From the NCBI GenBank assembly GCA_964568665.1, contig CAZMPY010000005.1, positions 64,742 through 128,741 of the forward strand: 64,000 nt of DNA, read 5' to 3'. The notes under the pieces were generated by a model that made no database searches, was not told where the DNA came from, and saw only the letters and a program-made list of their open reading frames with translations. The translations under genes were made by a program, and so were the position numbers. The stretch is from an uncultured Thermoplasmata archaeon. GTDB taxonomy: Archaea > Thermoplasmatota > Thermoplasmata > UBA10834. Positions 63,736 to 64,000 of this stretch are shown here, one piece after another; the first letter of the stretch is position 1; the number at the start of each line of letters is the position of its first letter.

Positions 63736-63942
63736 GTGAGGCGATGCATTCACTGCAGGGAGGAAATGTCCGGAACATCGATACCCTATCCTCAGCCTTA
63801 CACGCAGCAGGACGAGCAGAGGGCGACGCGGCGCATCGAAAGGCCGGTCCCGCGGGACCGGCAGATGGGCGTCATCAAGATCATCGTCGGCGTGGCGCTC
63901 CTCATCGTGCTAGCAGTCGTCGGAATGCTCGTGCTCGGCTGA
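63736..63942 (+). CDS. small membrane protein with N-terminal CxxC
   Basis: 68-aa ORF with a GTG start. RCIHCREE, then C-terminal TM segment VIKIIVGVALLIVLAVVGMLVLG. Confidence 0.35.
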   Translation: MRRCIHCREEMSGTSIPYPQPYTQQDEQRATRRIERPVPRDRQMGVIKIIVGVALLIVLAVVGMLVLG

Positions 63943-64000
63943 CGATGACGGATGCAGGCGGGACCGACTGTTACGAAGTCCGCCCCTGGACCGCATGGAT

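Noticed and set aside
1-64000. CRISPR arrays, rRNA genes, integrase/att pairs
   Set aside because: I saw no regularly spaced direct repeats, no rRNA-like conserved stretches and no recombinase motif on either strand. Absence is judged by eye and should be confirmed with dedicated tools.

Overview
High-G+C, gene-dense prokaryotic chromosome segment, probably archaeal. This is an inference from a PEF-CTERM-type sorting tail, TATA-like boxes about 25-60 nt upstream of several starts, and many beta-helix/PKD adhesin-like surface proteins. No taxon can be assigned without a database search. No rRNA, tRNA or CRISPR array was found.

Layout:
(1) About 1-13.4 kb is an accessory island with visibly lower G+C (judged by eye, not computed). 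It holds a nuclease-like gene fragment, unknown genes, small Cys-rich/zinc-ribbon proteins, an XRE-HTH remnant, an IS5/IS4-type element, an IS1634-family element, a secreted protein ending in a Hint (hedgehog/intein-like) module, and a three-gene module around a HEPN (Rx4H) protein.
(2) About 13.7-50 kb is the core region. It is dominated by predicted envelope proteins: two divergent beta-helix/PKD giants, two paralogous glycoprotein-like anchored proteins, an orphan family-5 solute-binding protein fused to five PKD domains, two DUF3494 ice-binding-like proteins, and a C11 peptidase. Interspersed housekeeping and other genes include an Fe-S protein, ACT protein, DEAD-box helicase, cardiolipin synthase, PHP, YbaN/DUF454, Fic, isochorismatase, a PAS/GAF regulator and a zinc-ribbon gene trio.
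(3) 51.3-57.8 kb is a fully translationally coupled trpE-G-(D/C fusion)-F-B-A operon.
(4) 57.9-64 kb holds a PNPOx-family protein, a propeller-like surface protein, a C39-like peptidase, a GNAT, a metallophosphoesterase and a zinc-ribbon/LOR-like protein.

Most interesting:
- the IS-bracketed secreted protein with a terminal Hint autoprocessing-type module
- the HEPN module
- the zinc-ribbon trio
- the DUF3494/PEF-CTERM operon with unannotated micro-ORFs
- several conserved non-coding repeats and hairpins

All functional calls come from motif recognition by eye, not searches.
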